Shown: one piece after another, positions 25,462 through 38,543 of the stretch
How the letters are laid out: every line of letters starts with the position of its first letter
How positions within the stretch are numbered: position 1 is the first letter of the stretch
NCBI RefSeq assembly: GCF_001194135.2
Contig: NC_068988.1
Coordinates: 46,926,790-46,988,218, forward strand
Length of the DNA stretch: 61,429 bases
Source of the DNA: Octopus bimaculoides
Lineage: Eukaryota
Direction of reading: 5' to 3'
Program-made: the position numbers and the translations under genes
Notes under the pieces: generated by a model
What the model saw: the letters and a program-made list of their open reading frames with translations, nothing else
What the model was told of the DNA's origin: nothing
The model's database searches: none

Positions 25462-25963
25462 NNNNNNNNNNNNNNNNNNNNNNNNNNNNNNNNNNNNNNN
25501 NNNNNNNNNNNNNNNNNNNNNNNNNNNNNNNNNNNNNNNNNNNNNNNNNNNNNNNNNNNNNNNNNNNNNNNNNNNNNNNNNNNNNNNNNNNNNNNNNNNN
25601 NNNNNNNNNNNNNNNNNNNNNNNNNNNNNNNNNNNNNNNNNNNNNNNNNNNNNNNNNNNNNNNNNNNNNNNNNNNNNNNNNNNNNNNNNNNNNNNNNNNN
25701 NNNNNNNNNNNNNNNNNNNNNNNNNNNNNNNNNNNNNNNNNNNNNNNNNNNNNNNNNNNNNNNNNNNNNNNNNNNNNNNNNNNNNNNNNNNNNNNNNNNN
25801 NNNNNNNNNNNNNNNNNNNNNNNNNNNNNNNNNNNNNNNNNNNNNNNNNNNNNNNNNNNNNNNNNNNNNNNNNNNNNNNNNNNNNNNNNNNNNNACTTCT
25901 TACCTGAGAAACAAACAAAATAACAAGAAAAAAACAAATAAATAAAGACAAAATGATTTCAGC

Positions 25964-25999
<36 letters not shown>

Positions 26000-26312
26000 A
26001 ATGTAATCACTCATTGAATGCTTTTGCTGAAAAGACTCACAGATTATCCTATCCAAATTCTTAAGGCAGTGGCAAGTTTGCAATTTTCTGCTTTGTTCAT
26101 CATGATGAATAGCTGACAAGTTATTGCAGTGGAAGAGAGAGATTTGATAGAGCAGCAAAATAATAACAATGCAAATGATGATGATGATGATGATGGTTTT
26201 AATGACAGAACATAACAAAAATTGTAATAAGAATCCATAAGAATTACACCAACAAAAGATACCATATATATATATACACACACACACACATATATAAATA
26301 TATATACATATT

Positions 26313-26378
<66 letters not shown>

Positions 26379-26427
26379 TATAGACATATTCACACACTCA
26401 CATGTAAATGTATATGCAATATATTTG

Positions 26428-26640
26428 CAGAGGAGGTCCGAAATTCTGTTTTAAAGACCAGCTCAAATGGACCCTAGCTCAAACTAACATCTAGCCATCC
26501 TCATGGGAACAAATTGCCAAGCATTTCACCCAGTGTTCTATGGCTAGTATATGCTGGAGGACTTCTATCCCCAATAGAGCCAGCTCCTTCGAGCAGAACA
26601 GACAATGGAATGAGGAGGTAAAATGCAGGAGGCTGTGGAC
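26428..26640 (+). mobile_element. RTE LINE extreme 3' fragment
   Basis: RGGPKFCFKDQLKWTLAQTNI*PSSWEQIA resembles the RTE GGQKKRFKDxLK...WExxA motif. Confidence 0.55.
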
Positions 26641-27645
26641 TTATACAACTGGAATTAATGAAAATTGCCACAATTCGCCTAGGCACCTACCTGCATAACT
26701 CTGATGACTAAATGTTAAAACTTGTCTCAAAACATGAAAACAAGAAAGCATCATACTCAGAAAAAAAAAAAAGGAATATCTAAGTGAATTCCAAATACAA
26801 CAAATTCCAGAATTAGATGTATTAGAAACAAACACAGAAAAAGCTAATTGTATGAAAACCTCTGCGAAAACTGCTGCCTTAGATATTCTTACTGATAAAT
26901 GGCAAGAAAAACCTCTCAATAGAAAATACCCAAAGAGAGCTGAAAGTGCCAATGTTGACAAAGCCTTTACCCATCAATGGTTAGTGTTTTCTGGCTTAAA
27001 ATCAGAAGGGTTTATCATAGCACCCCAAGATCAATGCCTACCTACAAGAAACTACCAGGCCAACATATTAAAGAACAGCAGTTGCCCAACATGTCATGTA
27101 CGTCAACAAAATTAAACCATTGATCATGTCTGCATGTACAGTCTTCTTGCACCAACAGAGTACCTCAACAGGCATGATAGAGCAGCACAATATATTCACT
27201 ATATAATTTGAAAAAAACCTGGTCCTGCCCTATGATAAAAACTGGTGGGAACACAAACCACCTCCAGTGCCTGAAAATGATCACATCTCACTCCTGTGGA
27301 ACTTCACCATTCAAACTAATGGTGCCCTAGGAATGATAGCAAAAGGGGCTGATTGCTACCTAGCTCAGTTATCAGGAAACCCCAAAATGGCAGAAATTCA
27401 AAAGATAATGCTCATGGGAAATTGCCCATATCTTACGTAAAATACTGTCTATGTAATCTCAAATTTTAAAACAAACTCTTTTTCTTGCTTTCTTAAACAT
27501 TCTCTAGAACAATACTATGTGCAAAACCAAATATATGATACCCTAGGCATAACACCAACATGAACTTCTAACTTGTCTCTTGAGGTCTCTGGATGAGAGC
27601 TGGAGCCAACTTGTACAAATACAAAGCAAAAATCAAACATAATAA
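26640..27645 (+). mobile_element. R4/Dong-clade LINE 3' fragment with an internal deletion
   Basis: KWQEKPLNRKYP...THQWL...GLKSEGFIIAPQDQCLPTRNYQANILK...TEYLNRHD...ENDHISLLWNFTIQT|GALGMI, then a 3' UTR and TAA tail. Confidence 0.9.
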
Positions 27646-27852
27646 TCCTATCTACTATAGGCACTAGGCCTGAAATTTTGGGGGAGGGGACTAGTCAATT
27701 ACATTGACCCCAGGGTTTCGCTGGTACTTAATTTATCAACCCTGAAAGAATGAAGGGCAAAGTTGACCTCGTGGAAATTGAACTCAAAACATATCTGCAG
27801 ATGAAATGCCGCTAAGCATTTCACCTGGCATGCTAATGGTTCTGCCAGCTCA

Positions 27853-27895
<43 letters not shown>

Positions 27896-28205
27896 GTTTT
27901 AATTTTTGGCTCAACACCAGCAAATTCGATGCGTTGGGACAGTAAAGTCGATAACATTAATCCCAATACTCAAATGGTACTTATTTTAATTGACCCCTAA
28001 AGAATGAAATGTAAAGTTGGCTTTGGCAGAATTTGAACTCAAAATACTGGTAAACATTTTACCTAGTGTTAACGATTCTGTCAACCCACAACAACAATTT
28101 TTTATTTTGGCACAAGGCCAGCAATGTTTGTGGGGGGTGTATTGTCAACTTCTTTGCCCCTATTCTGGACTGATACTTATTTTATTGATTTGGAAAGGAT
28201 GAAAG
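27645..28205 (-). mobile_element. Cluster of three same-orientation Meta-domain-like SINE fragments around an (AAT)n tract
   Basis: Reverse complements of the 1407-1628 core at about 27645-27855, 27893-28070 and 28095-28205. Confidence 0.75.
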
Positions 28206-30189
28206 GTAAATAACAAAAACATGCATAATAAAGAACAGATAGAAAATGACTATCAATCATAATGAAGAGTAGTAGTAGTAGTAGTAGCAGCAGCAGCGGC
28301 GGCGTGGGTGTAGTAACATAATCACAGAGTTTGTGAACACAGTCCATCATTCAATTGTGCTTGCCAAGTGAGGCGTGACGGAAAGAAATATAGCAACTAC
28401 TATGACTTCAGCAACTACCTCAACAGCAACAATAACACTAATCTCAACAACAAAAACAGCAGCAAACACAACCAATGTTTTCAACAATACAAGGAGGTGA
28501 AAGGCAATTGAGTGATGTGCATGGATGAAGAGGATGTTGGTGTAGCCTTGGCCATCCGTTGATGGTAAGGGGATGAATGGTATCAAGTGTGTTATACAAG
28601 AGTGTTGTTTGGTAATGGTAGTTATACTATTTGTTTGCTAGAACATGGAGATGTGGTGGGTCTAAAATTGATTGATATTACATGAATATCAATCACTATT
28701 ACAAAAATTGGAAAAGTACAATAGAAATGTTCAAAAATAAAATTATAACGTATTCTCTTCCACCCCTTTCCCTATAAATCCCCATGCTGTCTGTCTCATC
28801 ACCCATCAACCCTTGGTTTAGGAATGGGGGAAAAATTTTTTTTTAGGGATGGGGGAAGGTAGTGTAAGATGTATGGGAAAATATATAATATATAAAGATG
28901 AGAAAATATTTTGGAAACATTTTTTTCAAAGGGCGAAATTTGAGGGAAAAAAAAACAAGCAAAAAAATAAAATTTATTTTCCAGATTAAAATCAATAGAT
29001 ATAATGAAAGAAATGATAATGGTGTTATTGATGATGGTGATGATGACAATGTCGATGATGAGATAGAGGGAGAGGATGATTTGAGTTGTATTTAGCTGTT
29101 ATTTAGCAAAGGTCGATCACACATATAAAAGTTATTTCATCAATGAATGATGGTGGGTGTTACTTGAATGAACAAATTAGAGACAAATCTACTTGATACA
29201 TTACCACTCCAAGTTTCATGTTATTATTACACTCCTCCCCTTCCAATAAACGAATGTATAAATTTTTACATGAAAGCATGTAAGAGTTAACAATAGGAAG
29301 AGCACTTGTATATAAAATCATGCTTCAAATAATTTTCCATCCAGCCATATACTAACACAGAAAAACAGATGTTAAACAAAGGAATATATATAAAATCATC
29401 TCTAATGACCAGGAGAACCAGATCATTATAAAAGAGTTTAATACTAGCTGTCCATGAAAACTTTTGGATCTCAAGAAGTTCTGAATTAAGAACGAGCTTT
29501 TAGTGTCATTCATATAATACCTGGACTTTCTGCATCACTTGCCTTAACACATTTATGCATAAAATAAAATATAATACACATGAAACAGATATTTTCTTTA
29601 CCAATCCCAGATGTTGAGGTAAATGACTACATGTTCAGAAGTTATTTTGTTAAAAAATACTCAAAGAAACTAAGCTTAACAGTCTTGGTTAATAAACATA
29701 TTCTATCACCATATCCTTGCAAACATTAGCAGAGCCTGCTCTGTGGTGAGTATTCAAACCAGAGGGATATATTAAGGATTCTAAAAGAAAGCACACACAT
29801 ACACACTATCATATTAAGGCAAGAACATACTGGACAGTTACCAGGGGCCCTCATGGGTCTAGGGAAAACATTCTGATCTGTGTATGTTGAGGCTTACTGT
29901 CATTATTTGAATAGAATAAGACCTAGTGCTTTGATTTGGCCGGAAGATTATAATCTGTTAAGATGGCGCTGCACATGCACACACATATGCATACGTATTT
30001 TGGCTCAAAAGGTCCAGATAATCCTGGCTGGTAGCACAAAACATGACGAAACAACAGTGTGCCAAATTGCCTTGCGAGAATGAACCAAATACGTTATGAC
30101 CACACTGTCGTCGTAAAAGGGAGAAATTGTTTGACTTTGATGTACGCAATTGCAGCTAGCATACTTTAAGTTCCGGTCTGCCGGAATGT

Positions 30190-30547
30190 TTGTTGTTGGC
30201 ACTCTGTCGCTTACGACGTCGAGGGTTCCAGTTGATCCGATCAACGGAACAGCCAGCTCGTGAAATTAACGTGCAAGTGGCTGAGCACTCCACAGACACG
30301 TGTACCCTTAACGTAGTTCTCGGAGATATTCAGCGTGACACAGTGTGACAAGGCTGACCCTTTGTATTACAGGCACAACAGAAAGAGAAAGTAAGAAAGT
30401 TGTAATGGAAGAGTACAGCAGAGTTCGCCACCATCCCCTGCTGGAGCCTCGTGGAGCTTTATAGGTGTTTTCGCTCAATAAACACTCACAACGCCCGGTC
30501 TGAGAATCGAAACCGCGATCCTAACCACTGGGCCATTGCGCCTCCAC
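30190..30547 (-). mobile_element. tRNA-derived SINE with a 12-bp target-site duplication
   Basis: Flanks CTGCCGGAATGT (30178-30189) and CTGCCAGAATGT (30548-30559); about 20 nt deleted from the head relative to the 8641-9002 copy. Confidence 0.95.
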
Positions 30548-32108
30548 CTGCCAGAATGTATTGAGAATAAAAACGCAAATCAAAATTTCGTGTGTGTGTG
30601 TGTGTGTGCAATACACGTATATACACAAACATGTTTATGCTTCCACTTTCATCTTTGTTCAGAAATTTGAAAGTATCACAATAAAATACGCATAAATGAA
30701 ATCAAAATGTTATTTAAAGAAATAAAATAAAAAATTTTCGGATGCGTTGAATTCGAGCACTCCATGGCCCAGTTTTCTTAACCAATCCTCAAGCTTTGTT
30801 TGAGAGCAACCATATGCACCAGCGAGCATTTTTGAAGAGCATTTGCTGTTGACAAACATCACTATCATGAGCGTATTCTATTTCAAGTTCGATGTAAAAT
30901 CTTAATTTTAATTTTACTAGTATTTTACTATCCTTTGCATGTTGTTTATATCCTAAACCTGATTGGTTTTTAGCCATTCTAACTCATACGAAACATTCAT
31001 GGTATCGGAGATATATAATTTTATCTATTAAATGTTTCATTTATTTTTTTACTTAGTTATTTTCCTGAAAAAAAATTTCCTTGCCGTTTGGAATAAATTA
31101 CTCCTCATTTACTTTCGTTGTTTCTGTCTATATTTTTGTGATATTTTTATTTCTTCACTAAGTGTAATTGTTATAGCTTCTTCATTGCACTACATAGTTG
31201 TAGTATTACAATTTGGTTGTTGATGCTTTCCAAACTGGGTTTGTTTTAGTGCACCACCAACCAAAATTGCTGTTGCTTTCCATTACTTTTTTATTTGTTT
31301 GGTTATATTTCTGGGGTTTTTTCCAGGCACTCATCCCCAAGGTGTCCTTTACTTAGTCAAATGTAACAACTAGACATTCTTCACTGCATCATCAATCATA
31401 CCCCCCCCTGTCTCTCTTTTGTTCAGTACATTTTCTGTATAGCTACCTGAGGAAGGGTTGATTTGAACATGCAAGTTTATTCTGGCATCTTCTGATCACA
31501 GGCAGCATTTGCATACCTTACTTTGACCATTCTCTCATACTACGATGAAAATTTACTACTAACTATGGACCTACGCCGTGTCAAATATCTCCTATTATTA
31601 CTATTGTGTTTCTTAAATCCATGTACAGAGACACGGAGTTAAAATCAGAAATATGTCTGACAATTTCAGTTAGTGTTTTGGCTACGTCCTTAGTTTTATA
31701 AGTATAGCAGATTGTACCACAGTTTACCTTTTTATTTTCATTTCAGATAACTTCCCCAGATATGTCCTAGAAGGATTGCCATATTACTTACGTGAGAGAA
31801 CTTTTAGTCCATTTCCGAATATATAAATTTAATCCATTTCCGTATATATATTGTTTTCCAAAATGATCGGCTTGAAGAATTGTTAAGATACTTGGATATT
31901 TTCCTACTCTTCTTAACATGTAACCAATGGTAGCCTTAATTCACAGATAAAGAAATTATTTATCCACCAATACGGTGTTGAGCATTCAGACATTCTACAG
32001 TTATACATGCACGGACGCATTCCCACACACGTACCAGAGTAAGTGCATAAATGCGAATACAATGTGGATAAAGTATGCTTTTTAGAAAACAGCTGCAAAG
32101 ACATCACA

Positions 32109-32154
32109 AAAACTGTTACTCAGAGTTTCACGTTCCCGTTCATCGAACAGTTTT
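32109..32154 (-). ncRNA. Minimal type I hammerhead ribozyme-like motif (variant core)
   Basis: AAAACUGU-UCGAUGA-ACG(GGAA)CGU-GAAA-CUC(U)GAGU-A-ACAGUUUU. All three helices and a GUA cleavage triplet are present. Confidence 0.65.
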
Positions 32155-32702
32155 CGGATAATTTTTCTCTTTACCTTCTCATGTATTAAGTTCTGTAGCA
32201 AAGAAATGCTGTTAGGCTTTCCTCTCGCCTACATCTTTCTTGTAACTGTGATAGATCTAAAAATTCCATATGTTCATTTTGTATTGAAGGAAGGTAAACC
32301 TTAATACAAGCTTCTGTATAAACTGACCAAAGTATTTGGAATCGTATAAAAGCCTCTAGTACTATTGTTATGTAAGAATCCTACTGTAGCTGTCTTTGAA
32401 ATGACTTATTTGAGTATTTGGTACATTTTCCTCCATTAACATTTATTGTTCACTATATCGTTAATTTTCTTCTTCCTCTTGTACATTTACTTCTGTGGTT
32501 TGGTTTTGTACTTTTTTTATAGCCAATGTAGTATTTAGTTGTATTGCCTGTTTATGTGTAGGAACTTACGCGTGAATAAATAGTGTACGTAAATAAAATT
32601 GCAAAAGTTTGAACAAAACTCCTTTCTAGTTATCTACTCTTGGATTTCAAGAACAGGCCTTCATTTCGCAATTAGAATGTTTCTGTCCTTTCTTTTTTTA
32701 AA

Positions 32703-33100
32703 GTATTATTAATTTATTCCTTTGTTTCAGTGATTTGACTGCAGCCTTGCTGGAGCACCGTCTTTTGTCGAATAAATTGACCCCAGGACTTATTCTTTGT
32801 AAGCCTAGTACTTGTGCAATCAGTCTCTTTTGCCGAACGGCAAAGTTACGGGGATGTAAACACATCGGCATTGGTTGTCAAGTGAGAGTGGGGAGACAGA
32901 CACAGACACACAAACATACACATACACACACACATATATATACAACTAGCCTCTTTCACTTTTCGTCTACCAAATCTACTCACAAGGCTTTGGTTGGCCC
33001 GAGACTATAGTAGAAGACACTTTCCTCAATGTGCCATGCAACGAGACTGAACCCAGAACTATGTGGTTGGTAAGCAAGCTACTTACCACACAACCACTCC
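32703..33100 (-). mobile_element. tRNA-derived SINE with an internal (CA)n tract
   Basis: Reverse-complement homolog of 38286-38543 plus tail. Confidence 0.9.
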
Positions 33101-33214
33101 AAAAGCAAAGAAAAACAAAATTTATTAATGCTTAAATAAACTGTGTTTCAAAAGTAGAAAGGAAACGTTTTCAAACTCCAAGAGTCGAATATCATTATAA
33201 TTCTTTTTAACTTT

Positions 33215-33410
33215 GGGCACAGGATCAACAATTTTGAGGAGAGAGGTAAGTCAATTACATCAATCCCAGTGTTTACCTTGTACTTATTTAATCGACCCTA
33301 AAAAAATGAAAGATAAGGTGGGCCTTGGTGGGATTTGAACGTAGAGTGTAGAGTGTTGGGGAGAAATGCCGCTAAATATTTTGTCCAATATGCTTATGAT
33401 CCTGCCAGCA
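33215..33410 (-). mobile_element. Meta-domain-like SINE
   Basis: Reverse complement of the shared core. Confidence 0.7.
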
Positions 33411-33439
33411 CTCCAGCCCTAATGCAGTACCAATTCTTA

Positions 33440-33812
33440 TCCAAAGACCTTTTGAGCAAGATGGGCTACTTGACCTGAAGAAAATTCTAACTGGGCCTTA
33501 CCTGCAAAGTCGTGTACTGTTTATCTTGATATGAGATCCCCATGTCGTGCAGATATGGTTGTGATATATGTGTCTGGTGTACCCTTATCAGACCGGTAGT
33601 CATGATGAGTATATTGGGTTTCGTATATTCTACCCCAGTGTCACTTTGATGGCATGCACTGCACTCTTACTCAGTAATAATAATAATAATAATAATAATA
33701 ATACCCTTATCAGATGGGTAGTCATGATGGGTATGCTGAGCTACGTGTATTTTACCCCAGTGTCACTTTGATGGCATGCACTTTCTCTCACTCAGTAATA
33801 ATAGTAGTAATT
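33440..33812 (+). mobile_element. TAA-tailed repeat (family of 14153-14700) with a second 3'-end copy stacked after its tail
   Basis: 33581-33703 and 33703-33812 are diverged direct copies separated by (TAA)n. Confidence 0.8.
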
Positions 33813-34693
33813 ATAAAATTATTATAACCTTAATGGGATTCAGCTGCAAAGGAGCTTTGCATTCTTCAACAGTTATAATGGCTTGTGTACTGCCCGCCTC
33901 CTGAACATATGTCATTTTTAGCTATGTGGGCTCACATCATCTGCCCATACTGTACCAAAAAGAACCAACTAAGGAGTCAACATCTCTAATAATATGCTTT
34001 ACTCTAACCAACATGTTGCACTGTCTGATGTATTGGGGCACCTGTATGATCATCACCAATCAATAAAGCAGACATAGTTCTATACATCCCTTAGCGCTCT
34101 CCTTGGTTTTTTAAATAATTTCTCTGGGGCAGGGGTAGGCAGACGGCAATTAAAATATTACTTCCATTAGTTGCAAAACAAAACTGTTCACTTTCCTCCT
34201 TGCCTTATGATGGAAAAATTTCTCATGTCAATACATACTTTCAAAGTGATTCAAATCTCATGTTAATTTATGCAGCAGTGGAGCAAAATCTAATAATTCA
34301 CTTTGAGTAATTATACATGCAAAAGAATTGCTGATATTAAAGCTTTTGTCACAATAATTCTCTTGTAAGATTTGTCTTTATGTTTTGTCCAGTAACACAG
34401 TGCTCGAATTTCACAGTGTAATTTAATTTGTTTATGATTTGTCTATTTGTATACTTGTTATTTTCAATGATTCTCAGATAAATGGGTTTAATTTCTAACA
34501 TTTTTACAATGCTCCTCAGTGGAAGGTATTATTTGATTACATTGACCCCCCCCCCCGTGCACAGCAGGTACAATACTATACTAACCTTTCGTCAAATTTG
34601 AATTCGATGCATAAATATCACAAGNNNNNNNNNNAGGTACAATACTATACTAACCTTTCGTCAAATTTGAATTCGATGCATAAATATCACAAG

Positions 34694-35060
34694 TGGCCAT
34701 GCTGGAGCACCGCCTTTTAGTCGAGCTAATCGACACCAGGACTTATTCTTTGCAAGCCTAGTACTTATTCTCTCCGTCTCATTAGCTGAACCGATAATTT
34801 ACAGGAACGTAAACACACCAGCATCGGTTGTCAAGCGATGTTGGGTGGGGGGGGGGACAAACACAGACACACAAACATATGCACACACACATATACATAT
34901 ATACGATAGGCTTCTTTCAGTTTCCGTCTACCAAATCCACTCACAAGGCTTTGGTCAGCCTGAGGCTATAGTAGAAGACACTTGCCCAAGGTGCCACACA
35001 GTGGGACTGAACCTGGAACCATGTGGTTGGTAAGCAAGCTACTTACCACACAGCCACTCC
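34694..35060 (-). mobile_element. tRNA-derived SINE with an internal (CA/TA)n tract
   Basis: Near-identical to the reverse complement of 38286-38543 over their shared length. Confidence 0.92.
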
Positions 35061-36187
35061 ATATGTATAAAAACCAATTAGTTTTTCTTTCTACTTTAGA
35101 TAGTGAGGCAAATGTCTACATTTTCAAACCAAGCTAAGAACATTACAATCAGGCAGCCCTACAAAAGAACCTGTTTTCATCTTAACTGCTGGTAGGAACA
35201 CCATATTTCATTTTGCAACCAAGTATATTAAACGATTATATCTCAATAACACTGTGTCTTACTTTGTGCTAGCAGTGCATTATTTTCCTTTTTAAGAGTA
35301 TCTCTAAAGACTACTATGATCTCCAGCATTCAGGAACATGCCAATAATAAGCCTATTCACACAAGTCACTTTCACCTACACCTTTAGCCAATTTGAGAGT
35401 CCTGACCTACCAGAATTAGTGGCCAATTCTACATCAAATCAAACCTCACTTTCTTAAGAAATGAACATGTCAAAATATGTGGTCTTGAGTTCCTTACTCA
35501 TGAGTAAAATCAAGAATCAAATAGTCACTACTAGAATGCATTTGGTCATTGGCCTGCTCAACAATAACAATAATTTGCAGCAAAAATACTAGAGTGTGTC
35601 TCTTCCTTCTCAACCCTGGCTTTCTCTACAAGTGGCACTTGCAGAAATTGAAGTAAGATTTGCTGAATAAGGAAGAAACTGTCCTCAATAATAACAAGAA
35701 CAATAATACCAATAACAATAATATTTCTATTATTACTGCTGCTGCTGATGATGTTGAAGTTATTTTTTTTTATATATAACAGCATGATGCCTGATCTATT
35801 AAATGGAAGGAAGCTGAAGTTTGGATGTTTATGCCTGTTCCAAGAGCATGTGCAATGTCAGGCAAAAATATAGTAGCTTTAATTGAGTAGAAGATTAGGG
35901 TCAGGGACTTGTTTTGCTAAGAGCACTTAGAGATAAACTACACTGAGGGTGATAATAATAATAACTGTAAGAATAGGGATAAAAACAAAATGATTTTACA
36001 AGAAAAAGAAAAATCCATGCTGAACAGATAATGATACAAAAATTTAAAAAAAACATATATACTGACAGGAATTTTATCTTTGGAGAGACAGGAGATGCAC
36101 TGTTCACCTGTTCTCATAAATGAGGGGGAAAATTAGAGTGTACATGTACGACTAAATGTATGTGTGTGTGTGTGTGTGTGTATGCAC

Positions 36188-36242
<55 letters not shown>

Positions 36243-37339
36243 CATATACATATTTGTATGTGTATAGAAGAATGGGAAAAAATGGGAGAATTAAATGCAA
36301 ATATATATGTGTATATATATACTCACACAGTATTCATGTAAATCACAACATGGAGAAATGGATTTTTAACCGATAGTCAGGGTGTGTTAGTGATGATGTT
36401 TGTGACTGAAGAAAAGTGAGTGTGTCTATATGCATAAACACACACATTATATATATATATATATATATATGGTATATCGTGTGTATATATATGTTTCATA
36501 CACAAACACATGCATACATGTGCACTTATTACATATGTACAAACATAGATAGACAGATAAAGAGATAGACAGTTGGATACATATGTGCACACTTTTACGC
36601 ACAAACATATAAAGCTGTAAGTACATGTTCACATGTGCAACATGTATGTTTTGATATGAGATCATGTATGAGAAAACATATATTCTATGTCTAACTTTTT
36701 TTTTCAAACACAAATTCATACACTTGCAACACACACACACACACACAAAAAACACACACACACATACACACATATATAATCACAGACACATTTGCATATA
36801 AATATATATTTACAAACGCATCTTGCGTATACATACAATCTACACAATCACACATAAACACATAAAGATAAAAGTATAATTACATACATATCTAGATGCA
36901 TACGTACATACATATATCACTTATTGATCCATCTAACAACCCTATCTGAGCAATAGGGGTTGATCTTGCTAAAACAAAATGCGATATATTAATGCCAAAG
37001 GCATGTTTTTCTTCGTTGTTCCATAAAATTCCTTCTTCCCACTTTATTTATCTAAAGAGTAGTTTTTAAAAAATATATATATAGTTAAAGTTTGGGGTTA
37101 AAACCAGGTTCTTCTAGATTGATGTAGACATATTGTAACTGCCATTCTCTTTCTGCTTTATATATATTACATGCTGTTATTCTTCTGGAACAATCCGTAG
37201 CAGGCTTTTATTGTATTTATTCCAATAAAAAACATATTGCTTCTTGTTTTTCATTTTCATTTCATTTTTTTTCTTTTTTTTTTTCTATTTTTCATTAATT
37301 TTTGTATTTGTGTTTATGTGGTATTTGTATGCTTTTGTT

Positions 37340-37930
37340 GAATCTCTTCTATCCCTCCATAAACAACCACTACCAAAACCACCAATGCCACCACAACCAA
37401 CAACAACAACAACAGTAGCAACAACAAAAACAACCACACCAATACTACCAGCACTACAATAATAATGTTGAATATATGTAATGTAAGATAATGTATTTTA
37501 AAGATTGTTTAGTGATTGTTACTTTATTATTATTATCATCATTATTATTATTATTATTATTTGAAGGAAATGTTTCTGTTAAGAGTGTATTGGTAAATAT
37601 AATGAGGATATTGATGATGGAAGTGACGATGTTGATGATGACACTGCTGCTGCTGCTGTTGCTTATAATGATGATGTGGAGGAAGAGGAGGAGGATGCTG
37701 ATCCTGCTGATGGTGATGATGATGATAATTTAGTGTTTGACGTAAATAAAAGAAAAATCAATAATTATCGAAATGCAATCATGGCGATGGTAACAACAGT
37801 AATGACGGCGTTGACGATGATGATGATGACGACGATGATGATGACAATGATGATGATGATGATGAGGATGATGATGATGAGGTTGATGATGATGACCACA
37901 AAGCTGACAATGACGATGACAAATTTCTTG
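37340..37930. repeat. Compound low-complexity tract: (ACA/ACC)n, (TTA)n, (GAT)n
   Basis: Direct reading. Confidence 0.9.
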
Positions 37931-38285
37931 CTACATGCAAGATGAATGGTTATCAAACCGTTGGTGGGAGAGGATGAAAACAGATGCAAAAACACACATC
38001 CACACACACATACACGCACAAACATACACACACCACATACACATATATATAAGACAGGCTTCCATACATTTTCTGTCAAGCAAATTTACTCACGTGGCAC
38101 TGGTTTGCCAGAAGCTCTAATAGAAAGAAGGAAGACAATTATCAAGGGTATCATTCAGTGAGATTGAACACATGACTACAAGTTTACAAAGCAAGCTTCT
38201 TAACCACACAGCCATGCTTGGTTTTGGCAAGTCACAAGGCAAACATGTTATATTTGTGGCAGTGTTTATTAAATTATTCACAGTA

Positions 38286-38543
38286 GGCGTAGGAGTGGCT
38301 GTGTGGGTAAGTAGCTTGCTTACAAACCACATGGTCCCGGGTTCAGTCCCACTGCGTGGCATCTTGGGCAAGTGCCTTCTACTATAGCCTCGGGCCGACC
38401 AATGCCTTGTGAGTGGATTTGGTAGACGGAAACTGAAAGAAGCCTGTCGTATATATGTATATATATATATGTATGTGTGTATGTGTTTGTATGTCTGTGT
38501 TTGTCCCCCCAACATCGCTTGACAACCGATGCTGGTGTGTTTA
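38286..38543 (+). mobile_element. tRNA-derived SINE 5' part, running into the gap
   Basis: ggcgtaggagtggctgtgtgg head, ggttcagtccc B-box-like motif, cttgggcaagtg core. Confidence 0.92.
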
